A stretch of DNA of 51,702 nucleotides from Vescimonas sp. (GCA_045650885.1 JAZRRQ010000012.1:1-51702); one strand, 5' to 3'; shown: positions 27,763 through 38,330, numbered from the stretch's first letter. Notes: generated by a model not told the origin, from the letters alone. Made by a program: numbers and translations.

Positions 27763-30410
27763 CCTTTTGCCTCCAGCCAATTCTTACCGCTGTGAGCTTC
27801 TGCCAGCAGCGGGACACTCAGTTTCATTACGCACTCCATCTCTTCGGCGAGGAGACGCTCCACTTGCTGCCGCTCTGCCTCCGGGCACTCCACAATCAGT
27901 TCGTCGTGCACCTGCATGATCAGGCGGGCGCGCAGGTTTTCCTCTTTCAGCCGCCGGTGCACGCGCACCATGGCCAGTTTGATGATGTCGGCAGCCGTGC
28001 CCTGAATGGGCATGTTCAGCGCCACCCGCTCACCGAAGGAGCGGAGATTGAAGTTGGAGCTTTTCAGCTCCGGCAGGGCGCGGCGGCGGTGCAGCAGCGT
28101 TTCCACAAACTCCTGCTGCCGTGCCGTTTCCACCACATTTTCCATATAAGCCCTCACACCGGGATACGTGGCAAAGTAGCGGTCCATATAGTCCTTGGCC
28201 TCTGCCACCGTCACACCGATATCCTGCGACAGCGAGAACGGAGAAATGCCATATACAATGCCGAAGTTCACCGCCTTGGCGCACGAGCGCATCTGCCCCG
28301 TCACCTCATCGGTTGACACATGGAAAACATTGGCCGCCGTCACCGTGTGGAAATCGGCACCGGAAAGGAAGGCTTTCTGCATCTCCTCGTCACCGGCCAT
28401 ATGGGCCAGCAGGCGCAGCTCGATCTGGGAGTAGTCGGCATCCACCAGCACCCAACCATCCTCAGCCACAAACATACGGCGCATCTCACTGCCCAGCTGC
28501 GTGCGGGTGGGGATATTCTGCAGATTAGGTTCCGTGGAACTCAGACGACCCGTAGCCGTCACCGTCATCTGAAAGTTGGTGCGGATCCGGCTGTCGGGAT
28601 CAATGACCTTCAAAAGGCCGTCAGCATAGGTGGACTTGAGCTTGCTGTACTGACGATACTGCAGCACGTCCGCCACAATGGGATGCTGCCAGCGCAGCTT
28701 ATCCAGCACATCGGCATTAGTGGACCAACCGGTCTTGGTCTTCTTCCCGTGGGGCAGCTGCAAATCTTCAAAGAGCACCTTACCCAGCTGCTTGGGAGAA
28801 TTGATGTTGAACGGTGTGCCGGCGGCATCATAGATCCGCTGTTCCAACAGCGCAATTTCGCCCGACAGCATCTGACCGAAGCGAGCCAGCTCGCCGCCGT
28901 CCACGCGGAAGCCGGCACATTCCATCTCTGCCAGCACACGGCACAGCGGCATCTCCACCTCGTCGAACAGCTGCTGCATATTCTGCTCACGCAGCTTGGG
29001 CGCCAGCTCCTCTTCCAGCGCAGAAATGGCACTGCAATAGCTGCACAATGCCGCCTCCGCAGCAGCCGTGTCACCCAACAGGGAAAAGGCATCACGCTCC
29101 AGATGGACAGGCTTGGGCAGTTCCCCATTGAAATAAGAGACAAACAGGCGCGCCAGATCGTAGCTGCCCGCCGTAGCGTCCAGCAGATAGGCGGCAATGG
29201 CAGTGTCAAACACGAAACCGTCGCAATTGAGGCCGCTCTCCAGCAGCGCGCGCATCAGATCCTTTACATGGTGGCTCACCTTTCGGATGTCAGCGGCGAA
29301 GAGCGCATTCAAAAGGGCGTTCCAATCCCCCTCGTAACGTTCAAAGAAGAGAAGCGTCATGAGGCCGTTCTTCTCATCCACCTCGCACTCTACCGCCAGC
29401 ACCTGCAGCTCTTCCAGCGCCAGCACCGTTACCTGTTCTGCCTTGCGCCACAGCTTCAGCAATTCTTCGGCGCGGCGCGGCTCAGCCAGCACCTCCACGG
29501 TCACGGCATAGTCCGATTCCTCGTCCCACACCTCGTTTTTCGCAGGCTGCAGACCGTACTTGTCGATCAATTTGGAGAACTCCAGCTGTAAAAAGAGGTC
29601 ATACAGCTCCGGCTTGAAGGGGCGGCGCAGATTGTCCTCCACCGCAAATTCCACAGGCGCATCGGTGATGATGGTGGCCAGGAATTTCGAGTGCAGCGCA
29701 CTTTCCTTCCCCTCCTCCAGCTTGCGGATGGCGGCAGGTTTGGCCTCGATCTTGGGCATGGCATCATAAAGTGCCTCCACGCTCTCATAGCGCTGCACCA
29801 GCGCCATGGCCGTCTTTTCGCCCACACCGGGTACACCGGGGATGTTGTCGGAGGTATCGCCCATCAGCGCCTTGAGGTCGATCATGTGGATGGGGGCAAA
29901 GCCATACTGCTCACGGAAAGCGGCAGGCGTCATATCCTTGGTGGTGGTCTGACCCATACGGGTAGACACCAGCTTCACCGTAGTCTTGTCGGTGATCAGC
30001 TGCAGGCTGTCCTTGTCACCGGTAACGATGACGCACTCCCAGCCGGCGGCCTCGCATTTACGGGAGATGGTGCCGATCAGGTCGTCGGCCTCGTAGCCCG
30101 CCAGTTCGTACCGGGGAATATCCATCGCGTCCAGCACCTGCTTGAGCCAGGGCAGCTGCATGGCCAGTTCCTCCGGCATGCCCTTGCGGGTAGCCTTATA
30201 GTTTTCATCAGCCAAGTGGCGGAAGGTCGGCTCGCGGCGGTCAAAGGTGACGCACAGCGCCTCCGGCTGCTCCTCATCGATGAGGCGCTGCAGCGTGGTA
30301 AGAAATCCGTAGATGGCATGGGTGAACAGACCCTGCCGGGTAGACAGGGGGCGAATACCGTAAAAAGCGCGATTGAGGATACTGTTGCCGTCAAGCACCA
30401 TCAGTTTCAT
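27759..30410 (-). CDS. polA: DNA polymerase I
   Basis: 5'-3' exonuclease (YEADD, GDTSDNIPGV); DADYSQIELR, AKAVNFGIVYG, QVHDEL. Confidence 0.98.
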   Translation of the reverse strand: MKLMVLDGNSILNRAFYGIRPLSTRQGLFTHAIYGFLTTLQRLIDEEQPEALCVTFDRREPTFRHLADENYKATRKGMPEELAMQLPWLKQVLDAMDIPRYELAGYEADDLIGTISRKCEAAGWECVIVTGDKDSLQLITDKTTVKLVSTRMGQTTTKDMTPAAFREQYGFAPIHMIDLKALMGDTSDNIPGVPGVGEKTAMALVQRYESVEALYDAMPKIEAKPAAIRKLEEGKESALHSKFLATIITDAPVEFAVEDNLRRPFKPELYDLFLQLEFSKLIDKYGLQPAKNEVWDEESDYAVTVEVLAEPRRAEELLKLWRKAEQVTVLALEELQVLAVECEVDEKNGLMTLLFFERYEGDWNALLNALFAADIRKVSHHVKDLMRALLESGLNCDGFVFDTAIAAYLLDATAGSYDLARLFVSYFNGELPKPVHLERDAFSLLGDTAAAEAALCSYCSAISALEEELAPKLREQNMQQLFDEVEMPLCRVLAEMECAGFRVDGGELARFGQMLSGEIALLEQRIYDAAGTPFNINSPKQLGKVLFEDLQLPHGKKTKTGWSTNADVLDKLRWQHPIVADVLQYRQYSKLKSTYADGLLKVIDPDSRIRTNFQMTVTATGRLSSTEPNLQNIPTRTQLGSEMRRMFVAEDGWVLVDADYSQIELRLLAHMAGDEEMQKAFLSGADFHTVTAANVFHVSTDEVTGQMRSCAKAVNFGIVYGISPFSLSQDIGVTVAEAKDYMDRYFATYPGVRAYMENVVETARQQEFVETLLHRRRALPELKSSNFNLRSFGERVALNMPIQGTAADIIKLAMVRVHRRLKEENLRARLIMQVHDELIVECPEAERQQVERLLAEEMECVMKLSVPLLAEAHSGKNWLEAKG

Positions 30411-30555
30411 GGGTTCATTCCTCCCAAAGCATTTTGCACATACAGGGTTATTATACCTTTTTCCTTGCAGAAAAACAAGGTGTTACCCTTGACAGGAAGG
30501 TGATTTATGATAGACTTTTGAAGGATGTCATTTTGACGCGAAAGAAGGTCTTGCT

Positions 30556-31758
30556 ATGTCCGATCGCCGCCTTGTCCGCCGGCTGAATCTCCATTTTTCC
30601 GTCCTGTGGGCACTGTACTGGATCGGTTGGGCCGCCCTCTGGGGCTACCTGTCCGTTTTCCTGCTGCATCGCGGTTTCACCAATTCCCAAATTGGTCTGG
30701 TTTCCTCCTGTGCGCTGCTGCTGCCTATCGTGGTGCAGCCGGCTCTGGCTTCACTCAGCGACCGCAACCACCACTTTACCGGCCGCCGTCTGACCATGGC
30801 GCTGACACTGCTGTCCATGGCATGCAGCATCGGTGTGTGGATCGCACAAAGCACCATCCTCTGCGCCGCGCTGCTGGTGGTCATCGGCGTATCGCTGACA
30901 GCTATTACCCCCTATTTCAACGCTATGAGCATGGAATTTACACTGCGCGGTCTGGATGTCAACTTCGGTGCCAGCCGCAGCTGCGGTTCCGTTTCCTACG
31001 CTCTTACATCTCTTGTCATGGGTGCAGCGTTGGAGCGTTTTGCCCCCACGTTGGTGTTGCCGATCTTTTTGGCAGCTTTTGCGGCGCTTTTTCTGGCTCT
31101 GGTGCTGTTCCGGTATCCTCTGCCGGCGCTTCAGGCCGGAGAAGATCTCAACCCTCCCGTCATTTTGTCCAACGCAGCGCTGCTGCGCCGCTATCCCCGT
31201 TTCACGTTGGTGCTGGTCGCCTGCTTTTTGCTGGTAGGCAGCCAAAACGCCATCACCACCTACATGATCCACATCGCCGGCAAGGTAGGCGGCGGCGCAG
31301 ATATCACCGGTATCGCCTATTTTCTCTCCGGCATCATGGAGCTGCCCTCCATGCTGCTGTTTGGCAAGCTGCGCCGTAAATTCTCTCTGCGGCCGCTGAT
31401 GCTGCTCTGCTCCATCTTCTTTGTGGTCCGCAGCACCGCTTTCCTGTTGGCCGGTTCCACCTACGCTGTGTTTCTTGCCTGTTCGCTGCAGTTTTTTGCC
31501 TATGCAGTCCTCGCCATCTCCACCGTATATTATGTCACGGAGGAGATTGACCTGGCCAATCAGGTCAAAGGTCAGGCTCTGATTTACACCGCCTCTTCCG
31601 GTATCGGTGCTGCTTTCGGCTCACTGTGCGGCGGACGGCTGCTGGATCTCGGTGGCGTAAACACCATGCTGACGTTCTGCATCTGCAGCGCCGCGGCCGG
31701 TGCTGCCGTGATGTTCTTCGCACTCTACACTAAACGTTCGAAAGGAAATAAGCTATGA
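30556..31758 (+). CDS. MFS transporter (LacY/nucleoside-symporter-like)
   Basis: About 12 TM segments; FGASRSCGSVSYA, NQVKGQAL. Confidence 0.85.
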   Translation: MSDRRLVRRLNLHFSVLWALYWIGWAALWGYLSVFLLHRGFTNSQIGLVSSCALLLPIVVQPALASLSDRNHHFTGRRLTMALTLLSMACSIGVWIAQSTILCAALLVVIGVSLTAITPYFNAMSMEFTLRGLDVNFGASRSCGSVSYALTSLVMGAALERFAPTLVLPIFLAAFAALFLALVLFRYPLPALQAGEDLNPPVILSNAALLRRYPRFTLVLVACFLLVGSQNAITTYMIHIAGKVGGGADITGIAYFLSGIMELPSMLLFGKLRRKFSLRPLMLLCSIFFVVRSTAFLLAGSTYAVFLACSLQFFAYAVLAISTVYYVTEEIDLANQVKGQALIYTASSGIGAAFGSLCGGRLLDLGGVNTMLTFCICSAAAGAAVMFFALYTKRSKGNKL

Positions 31759-32687
31759 TCGAATCCTTCCTCACCGTCGCACAGCAGGTGCTGATGCTCT
31801 TCACCCTGATGGGCGTAGGCTTCCTGCTGGGCAAGCTGAAACTGCTCAATGCCCAGGGCAGCCTGTGCATGAGCAATGTCATGCTCTATGCCGTTGTCCC
31901 CTGCCTGGTGGTTTCCTCCTTCCAGCGCCCTCTGGAAGCCGAGCACCTGCAGAACCTCGGGCTGAGCATCCTTTTGTCGTTGGTCGTTCACATCGCCATG
32001 ATCGGTGTTACTGCCGCCGTTCTGCGCCGCACCCCGAAAGACCGCCGCGGCATCTACAGTCTCTGCGCCGTGATGGCCAACTGCGGCTTTATGGCCTTCC
32101 CTCTGCAGTCCGCCCTGTATGGTTCGCTGGGTGTGTTTTACGGTTCCGGCTATATGGTCATTTTCAACATCGCCACCTGGACCTACGCACTGTATATGGC
32201 TGCCGATGGTGATAAGTCGGTGCTGAAGATGCGCACCGTGCTCCTCAATCCCACCATCATCGCGCTGGTGGTGGCGCTGACGCTGTATCTGACAGAGATC
32301 TCTCTGCCCAATCTGCTGCTCACACCCATCAGCTATATCTCCAGCCTCAATGTCCCTATGCCCATGCTGATCATCGGCTTCCACCTTTCTCAGGCGAATT
32401 TGAAAACCGCTTTGCAGGATAAGGGCGCCTTTGCCAGCATCGCACTGCGCCTCATCGTCTCGCCGCTGCTGACCATCGGCCTGTGCCTGCTGCTGGGTCT
32501 GAACTCTATGGTCGCCACCGTGATGGTTATTGCTGCCGCCACACCGGCCGCCGCCGTAGTGACCATGCTGGTGTCCAAGTTTGGCAAAAACGCCCCCCTC
32601 TCTTCCAGCCTCGTCTCCATCCACACGCTGTGTTCTGCCGTTACTCTTCCGATTATGGTAGCGCTGACCCAGCTTCTGATCAAATAA
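31755..32687 (+). CDS. AEC (auxin efflux carrier) family transporter
   Basis: NCGFMAFP, LLNPTIIA, PMPMLIIG, ATPAA motifs. Confidence 0.88.
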   Translation: MIESFLTVAQQVLMLFTLMGVGFLLGKLKLLNAQGSLCMSNVMLYAVVPCLVVSSFQRPLEAEHLQNLGLSILLSLVVHIAMIGVTAAVLRRTPKDRRGIYSLCAVMANCGFMAFPLQSALYGSLGVFYGSGYMVIFNIATWTYALYMAADGDKSVLKMRTVLLNPTIIALVVALTLYLTEISLPNLLLTPISYISSLNVPMPMLIIGFHLSQANLKTALQDKGAFASIALRLIVSPLLTIGLCLLLGLNSMVATVMVIAAATPAAAVVTMLVSKFGKNAPLSSSLVSIHTLCSAVTLPIMVALTQLLIK

Positions 32688-32690
32688 ACG

Positions 32691-32730
32691 AAAACGGACC
32701 CTGTTCTCCAAAGAACAGGGTCCGTTTTTT
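32691..32730. terminator. Bidirectional terminator
   Basis: AAAACGGACCCTGTTCT-cca-AAGAACAGGGTCCGTTTTTT. Confidence 0.9.
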
Positions 32731-32741
32731 GCTTTCATCCT

Positions 32742-33653
32742 TTATGACATCGGGGTCAGGGGCTGGCTGATGTCCACCTTGGCCAAGCGGACACTGCGCT
32801 CGCCCTCCACCAGAATCTGCACCTGCTGCACACCGCGAATCGAACACAAAGAGCGCACAAGTCCCTGTACAACCTGTTTCTGCGATGCAAGATCGCCGGG
32901 CATCAGTTCTGCACAGCCCTGCGGCAAATTGAGATAACAGGTGTTGCCGTCAATACGGGCGCTCAGCACGGAAAAACCTTCCGGCAGGAGCGGTGTCAGC
33001 GTTTCACTGACGGGTCCTGCCAGCAGCGCATCAATCACTGCATTCACCTGACTTTTACCTTCATAGATAGTCAGGATCCGTTCCTCACCCACCAGCGCAG
33101 AGCCGTTGGGGAAATACAGCTGCACCGCCAGATTGCGCACCACGTCCTCGGGGCTGGTAACCAACACATCATCGGCACGGAAATAGTTCTTGTCGCGATA
33201 GCTCAGTTCCTTTCCGTTGACGGTAATGCGCACCGTATAAATGCCGGGGATCTGCACCAGCGACAGCGCTGTACAGTAGTCGGCAATCGTCAAATCGATT
33301 CCGGACAACTGACCGTATCCGGAGGAAAAGTCCACCGTGACCGTACTGCCGGACACCTGACAGCTCATCATACGCGTGCCGTTGGGTACCAGACGGCCAA
33401 ACGCGCCGTCGGAATAGCCCTCCAGCAGCAAGCCCATCACGGCATCGGCCTGTTCCTGCGCCGTCTTGCCGCGCATCTGACGCCAATCCACGCGCACCGT
33501 CGTGATGGCATCGCCGCCGCTGGCCATGTTGTCCTTCCGTACCGGGAAATACAGGCTCAGTGTTTCCGCCTCGCTGGGACCGTCCGGCACCACGCTGACA
33601 CCCACCAGCGCCAGCACCACCAGACAAAGGAGCAAACCAATGACTCGTTTCAT
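32742..33653 (-). CDS. Exported protein with two GerMN domains
   Basis: N-terminal hydrophobic anchor; LYFP...VTVDFS...SLVQIPGI and LYFP...ALLAGP...SLCSIRGVQQVQILVEG repeats. Confidence 0.85.
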   Translation of the reverse strand: MKRVIGLLLCLVVLALVGVSVVPDGPSEAETLSLYFPVRKDNMASGGDAITTVRVDWRQMRGKTAQEQADAVMGLLLEGYSDGAFGRLVPNGTRMMSCQVSGSTVTVDFSSGYGQLSGIDLTIADYCTALSLVQIPGIYTVRITVNGKELSYRDKNYFRADDVLVTSPEDVVRNLAVQLYFPNGSALVGEERILTIYEGKSQVNAVIDALLAGPVSETLTPLLPEGFSVLSARIDGNTCYLNLPQGCAELMPGDLASQKQVVQGLVRSLCSIRGVQQVQILVEGERSVRLAKVDISQPLTPMS

Positions 33654-35065
33654 GATCTGTCCCCTCCTTCCGCCAACGGCAGACGAACTGTAAATACCGT
33701 TCCTGTTCCTTCCGCCCGGTGGGCGGCTTCAATGGTGCCCTTCCGGCGCAGAACCGTATCATGCACAATGCTCAGGCCAAGACCGGTACCGCCCACAGCA
33801 CGGGAGCGCGCCTTGTCCACACGGTAAAAGCGTTCAAAGATGTGTCCCAGATCCTCCTCCGGAATACCAACACCGTTATCTTCCACGCGGATCACCACGA
33901 ATCGCTCTTCCACCGTGATCCGGGCGCAGACATATCCGCCGACACTGTACTTAATGCCGTTTTCCATCAAGTTGTAGAGGATCTGGTGGATGTCGTCTTC
34001 TGTGGCCATGGCCACAGCCGCCGGGTCGGCGCGGCAGATCAGTTCCACGCCCTTTTCGTCTGCCACCATGTGCAGCATGCGCTCCACCCGGGTCAGCACA
34101 GGTGCCGTCTCCACCGCCACTGCCTGTTCGATGTTGCCGCTGTCAATACGCGTCAAACGCAGCAAATCTTCCGTAATACGGCTCAAGCGCTCGGCTTCCT
34201 GCCCAATATCGCCCACAAACTCACGCACCGTCCCGGCATCCATGTTCTCCGTCTGCAAAATGGAGTCTGTCAGCAGGCGGATACCGGCCAGCGGCGTTTT
34301 CAGCTCATGGGACGCATCGGATACGAAGCGGCGTCGGGCATTTTCCGTTTCCTGCAGCCGGTCGGTCAGACTGTTGAACTCCGCCGTGATCTGGGCGATC
34401 TCATCGCTGCCCTTCTCCTCTGCCCGGTGGCTGTACGCACCTTCGCGCACGTGGCGGATGGCTTTCAGCAACTCGCTGATGCGGCCCGTCAGCATACGCG
34501 AGAGCATCAAACTCAGCACCATCACCAGCACCGCCACCACAATGGAAATACGGGCGATGTTGTCCTGCAGACTCTTGAACAGTTCCGCCTGATCCGTGTC
34601 GTACTCGTAGGCGTAGATGGCACCTACCGTCTGGTTGTGGTACACCACCGGCGCTGCGCCACGGCTGAGAAAGGCATCCCCGTCATAGCTGCAGTAAAAC
34701 GCATTTTGTCCCTGCAGCGCCTGATAAATTTCGGTATAAAAGGCGTAAAGACCTACGGCACTGCCGGTTTCACGGGAATCGTACAATACCCGTCCGGCTG
34801 TGTCGGTGACCAATATACGGCTCACGCCCGTCTCTTCCACCACGGTCATTGCCTGTCCCACATTTTCCGGCGTGAGTTCCTCCAGACCGCTCAGCGCAGA
34901 CTCGATGACCTTCACGCTGCCCGCCATAGCCGTCGCCTTGGAGCGAAACACCAGGTTCTGGGATTCCAGCAGCGGATATGTGTTCAGCAGACACAAAACA
35001 AAGACAATGACCAGAATGTAGCTCAGGCTGAACTTAAATTGTAGGCTGACTTTCCCCTTTGAAAT
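33650..35065 (-). CDS. HAMP-domain sensor histidine kinase (start uncertain)
   Basis: FVSDASHELKTPL, NLMENGIKY, FERFYRVDKARSR, GGTGLGL; frame open to 35086 but the first canonical start is TTG 34996. Confidence 0.88.
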   Translation of the reverse strand: MSKGKVSLQFKFSLSYILVIVFVLCLLNTYPLLESQNLVFRSKATAMAGSVKVIESALSGLEELTPENVGQAMTVVEETGVSRILVTDTAGRVLYDSRETGSAVGLYAFYTEIYQALQGQNAFYCSYDGDAFLSRGAAPVVYHNQTVGAIYAYEYDTDQAELFKSLQDNIARISIVVAVLVMVLSLMLSRMLTGRISELLKAIRHVREGAYSHRAEEKGSDEIAQITAEFNSLTDRLQETENARRRFVSDASHELKTPLAGIRLLTDSILQTENMDAGTVREFVGDIGQEAERLSRITEDLLRLTRIDSGNIEQAVAVETAPVLTRVERMLHMVADEKGVELICRADPAAVAMATEDDIHQILYNLMENGIKYSVGGYVCARITVEERFVVIRVEDNGVGIPEEDLGHIFERFYRVDKARSRAVGGTGLGLSIVHDTVLRRKGTIEAAHRAEGTGTVFTVRLPLAEGGDRS

Positions 35066-35741
35066 AGTAACCCACTCCCCACTTGGTCATAATATAGGCC
35101 GGTTCTGCCGGCTGATTCTCCAGTTTCTCCCGCAAACGGCGAATGTGCACGTCTACCGTGCGGTAGTCGCCGGCGTAGGAATAGCCCCACACCAGATCCA
35201 GCAGCGTCTCGCGGCTGTATACACGGCGGGGATTTTTCATCAGCAGTTCGATCAGATCGTACTCCTTGGCCGTCAGATCGATGGTCTCCCCGTTGCGGAT
35301 GGCCACCCGCTGCTGGGTATCCAGTGACAGATCGCCCACCGTCAGCAGGCTGTGACTCTCCTCTGCCGCAGGGCGCGCGGCTACATTGCTTCGCCGCAGC
35401 AATGCGCGGATGCGAGCCTTCACCTCCAGGATATTGAAGGGCTTGGTGATGTAATCATCAGCACCGCAGGCAAACCCCGCCAGCTTATCGGCGTCCTCGC
35501 TGCGGGCCGTGAGCATGATGACAGGCACCTGCGAAAACTCCCGGATCTTCATGCACGCATCGCTGCCGGACATCACCGGCATCATCCAGTCCAGCAGCAC
35601 CAGATCAAACGCCCCACCGCGCACCAGTTCCACGGCAGTGGCACCGTCATAGGCAGTCTGCACCTCATAACCCTCATTTTCCAAATTGAATTTCAGGCCT
35701 TTGACCAGCAGCTTTTCATCATCTACAACCAGAATCTTCAT
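35034..35741 (-). CDS. OmpR/PhoB-family response regulator
   Basis: ILVVDDE, LLDWMMP, DDYITKPF, RTVDVHIRRLREK, TKWGVGY. Confidence 0.95.
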   Translation of the reverse strand: MKILVVDDEKLLVKGLKFNLENEGYEVQTAYDGATAVELVRGGAFDLVLLDWMMPVMSGSDACMKIREFSQVPVIMLTARSEDADKLAGFACGADDYITKPFNILEVKARIRALLRRSNVAARPAAEESHSLLTVGDLSLDTQQRVAIRNGETIDLTAKEYDLIELLMKNPRRVYSRETLLDLVWGYSYAGDYRTVDVHIRRLREKLENQPAEPAYIMTKWGVGYYFKGESQPTI

Positions 35742-36109
35742 GGCTCCTCCTGTATGGTAATGAAATCGCGGATTTCATTCAGTTTCACTTCACCGATTCC
35801 TTCTACCGCCAGCAGATCTTCGGCGGCGGTAAATCTGCCGTTCGCTTCGCGCCAGTCCACGATCCGCCCGGCCAGCACCGATCCGATACCCGGCAGCATC
35901 TGCAGCGCGGTTTCGTCGGCAGTATTGATGTTAATTTTTTGCGGCAGTGTCTGACTCACATCTGCCTGCTTCCACGTGGTGATCAGAACTCCGTCCCCAC
36001 CCGCTGCAGCGCCGTTCCGAAAAAACGAAAGACCCACCAAAAGCACAAAGGCCATCGTCAAAATCAGGAAGAATATTTCTGTTTTTGTGATCTTTCCCTT
36101 TCCCGCCAT
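35738..36109 (-). CDS. comEA: ComEA-like membrane-anchored helix-hairpin-helix DNA-binding protein
   Basis: N-terminal TM; ININTA...LPGIG...IVDWREANGRF...VEGIG. Confidence 0.85.
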   Translation of the reverse strand: MAGKGKITKTEIFFLILTMAFVLLVGLSFFRNGAAAGGDGVLITTWKQADVSQTLPQKININTADETALQMLPGIGSVLAGRIVDWREANGRFTAAEDLLAVEGIGEVKLNEIRDFITIQEEP

Positions 36110-36221
36110 GGTTGACTACCTCTCATTTTTTGTTATAATTGAGATAGATTCATCATACGGTACACACAGGGTACCGCGTTTGTGATACACCCATTATACC
36201 ATGCATGGAGAAAAAAGCACT

Positions 36222-37568
36222 ATGAAATTTCGCCGCATTCTGTCTGTTTTTTTACTGTCCGTTCTGATGAGCCTCCTGCTCATCCCCAGCGCAGCCGCTC
36301 TGGAGCCTGTTGAGGTCAACGCCAAAGCCGCCCTGCTGGTGGATGTGGAGAGCAATACCATCCTCTACGGCAAAAACGAAACGAAAAAAATGTATCCGGC
36401 CAGTATCACCAAGGTCATGACCACGCTTCTGGTGCTGGAGGCGGTAGAGCGCGGCGAGCTGCACATGGATCAGATGATCACCGCCTCGGAAGAAGCCTTC
36501 TTTGACATGGAATGGGACGGCAGCAACGCCGGCATCGAAGCCGGCGAGGAGATGCGCCTGAAAGACCTGCTGTACTGCATTATGGTGGTCTCCGCCAACG
36601 AGGCCTGCAATATCGTGGCCGAAGCGCTGGACGGCAGCATCAGTGCCTTTGTTGATCGCATGAACGCCCGCGCCGGTGAACTGGGCTGCCGGAACACCCA
36701 TTTCACCAATCCCCACGGCCTGCACGATACCGACCACTACACCACCGCCTGGGATATTTATCTCATCGCACGCGAGGCCATCCAAAACGAAACGTTTATG
36801 ACCATCTGCAACACGCTGGCCTATGACGTGCCCGCCACCAACATGAGCGGCCCGCGCGAACTGCACACCACCAACTCTCTTATTTCCAACTGGAAGATCC
36901 TCGGCTATCTCTATGACGGTGCCGAAGGAATCAAGACCGGCACCACTGACGAGGCCGGTTACTGCCTGCTCTCTTCCGCCGTCCGCTCCGGCCGCCGTCT
37001 GGTGTGCGTGGTGCTGGGCTGCGAGGGTTCCGGCGTGGATATCGAGTGCTACCCCGATTCCTCCACGCTTTACGACTACGGCTTTGACAACTTCTCCACC
37101 AAGGAGATCCTCAACACCGACGAACTGATTGCCGAAGTGCCTGTGGAGCTGAGTAAGGAAACCAACTACGTGGTGATCCATCCCGCCACCGACGCCGAAG
37201 CCATTCTTCCCAACGAGTTGGATCCGGCCGCATTGGATCGCACCGTAACACTGAAAGAGGAGGTTGTCTACGCACCCATCGCCAAGGGCGATGTGCTGGG
37301 CGAAATCACCCTGTCTTACAACGGCCAGGTGTATGCCACCGTACCGCTGCTGGCTCAGTTTGATGTCAACGCCTCCCAATTCCTGACCACCAAGTATCAG
37401 ATCGAACTCTTCCTCGCCCAGCGCACCGTACAGCTGGCACTGGTTGCCGCCGCACTGGTCATCGCCGCCTTTGTCATCTGGTGGAAATTCTTCCGCCGCA
37501 AGCGCCGCTACGGCAGCCACGGCAACAAACACCGCAGCCGCCGCACCTATCGCGGCAGACGCAGATAA
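36222..37568 (+). CDS. D-alanyl-D-alanine carboxypeptidase (peptidase S11)
   Basis: PASITK (SxxK), SAN, HFTNPHGL, GIKTG; signal peptide; C-terminal TM and basic tail. Confidence 0.92.
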   Translation: MKFRRILSVFLLSVLMSLLLIPSAAALEPVEVNAKAALLVDVESNTILYGKNETKKMYPASITKVMTTLLVLEAVERGELHMDQMITASEEAFFDMEWDGSNAGIEAGEEMRLKDLLYCIMVVSANEACNIVAEALDGSISAFVDRMNARAGELGCRNTHFTNPHGLHDTDHYTTAWDIYLIAREAIQNETFMTICNTLAYDVPATNMSGPRELHTTNSLISNWKILGYLYDGAEGIKTGTTDEAGYCLLSSAVRSGRRLVCVVLGCEGSGVDIECYPDSSTLYDYGFDNFSTKEILNTDELIAEVPVELSKETNYVVIHPATDAEAILPNELDPAALDRTVTLKEEVVYAPIAKGDVLGEITLSYNGQVYATVPLLAQFDVNASQFLTTKYQIELFLAQRTVQLALVAAALVIAAFVIWWKFFRRKRRYGSHGNKHRSRRTYRGRRR

Positions 37569-37573
37569 ACCGC

Positions 37574-37603
37574 AAAGCAGACGCGCATTCCGCGTCTGCT
37601 TTT
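37574..37603 (+). terminator. Terminator hairpin
   Basis: AAAGCAGACGCG-cattc-CGCGTCTGCTTTT. Confidence 0.75.
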
Positions 37604-37619
37604 CAACAAGGAGACTTTC

Positions 37620-38300
37620 ATGAACATTCCGGTTATTCTCTATGAAGACGCCCATCTGGTGGTCTGCTGCAAACCCGTCAACTATCTTTCCGAGGATGAC
37701 GGCAGCGCCAAGTGCATGCCTTGCTGGCTGCGCGAGCATTACCGCGCCGCCGGAAAGCCGGACTACATCGCCACCGTCCACCGGCTGGACAAAGTGACCG
37801 GCGGTGTGATGGTCTTCTCCCGCCGCAAGGAAGTCACCGGCAAACTGACAGCTCTGGTGGCCGAACACCGCATCACCAAGGAGTATCTGGCGGTGCTGCG
37901 GGGCCATCCGGAAAAGGAAGAAGATACCCTCACCGATCTGCTGTTCCGCGACGCCTCCCACAACAAGAGCTTTGTGGTGCAGCGAATGCGCAAGGGCGTG
38001 CGGGAAGCCAAGCTGGCCTATCGTCTGATCGGCCGGACGGAAGATCTCTCGCTGGTACGGGTGCAGCTGCACACCGGACGCACGCATCAGATCCGCGTGC
38101 AGTTCTCCTCCCGGCAGCTGCCGCTGCTGGGCGACATTCGCTATGGCAGCAAAGATCCCAACTGCACCGCTGCGCTGTGGTCTTACCGCCTGGCATTTAC
38201 CCACCCGGTCACGAAGAAAAATATCGATGTGATGCTGCCCCCGCCGGCGCAGTATCCGTGGAACCTTTTTGACGCTGAGGAACTGACTGAGAAAACATGA
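37620..38300 (+). CDS. RluA-family pseudouridine synthase
   Basis: VHRLDKVTGG, TGRTHQIRVQ, LLGDIRYG. Confidence 0.93.
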   Translation: MNIPVILYEDAHLVVCCKPVNYLSEDDGSAKCMPCWLREHYRAAGKPDYIATVHRLDKVTGGVMVFSRRKEVTGKLTALVAEHRITKEYLAVLRGHPEKEEDTLTDLLFRDASHNKSFVVQRMRKGVREAKLAYRLIGRTEDLSLVRVQLHTGRTHQIRVQFSSRQLPLLGDIRYGSKDPNCTAALWSYRLAFTHPVTKKNIDVMLPPPAQYPWNLFDAEELTEKT

Positions 38301-38329
38301 AAAAAGTGGCACTTTCGTGCCACTTTTTT
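38300..38329. terminator. Bidirectional terminator
   Basis: AAAAAAGTGGCAC-tttc-GTGCCACTTTTTT. Confidence 0.9.
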
Positions 38330-38330
38330 A

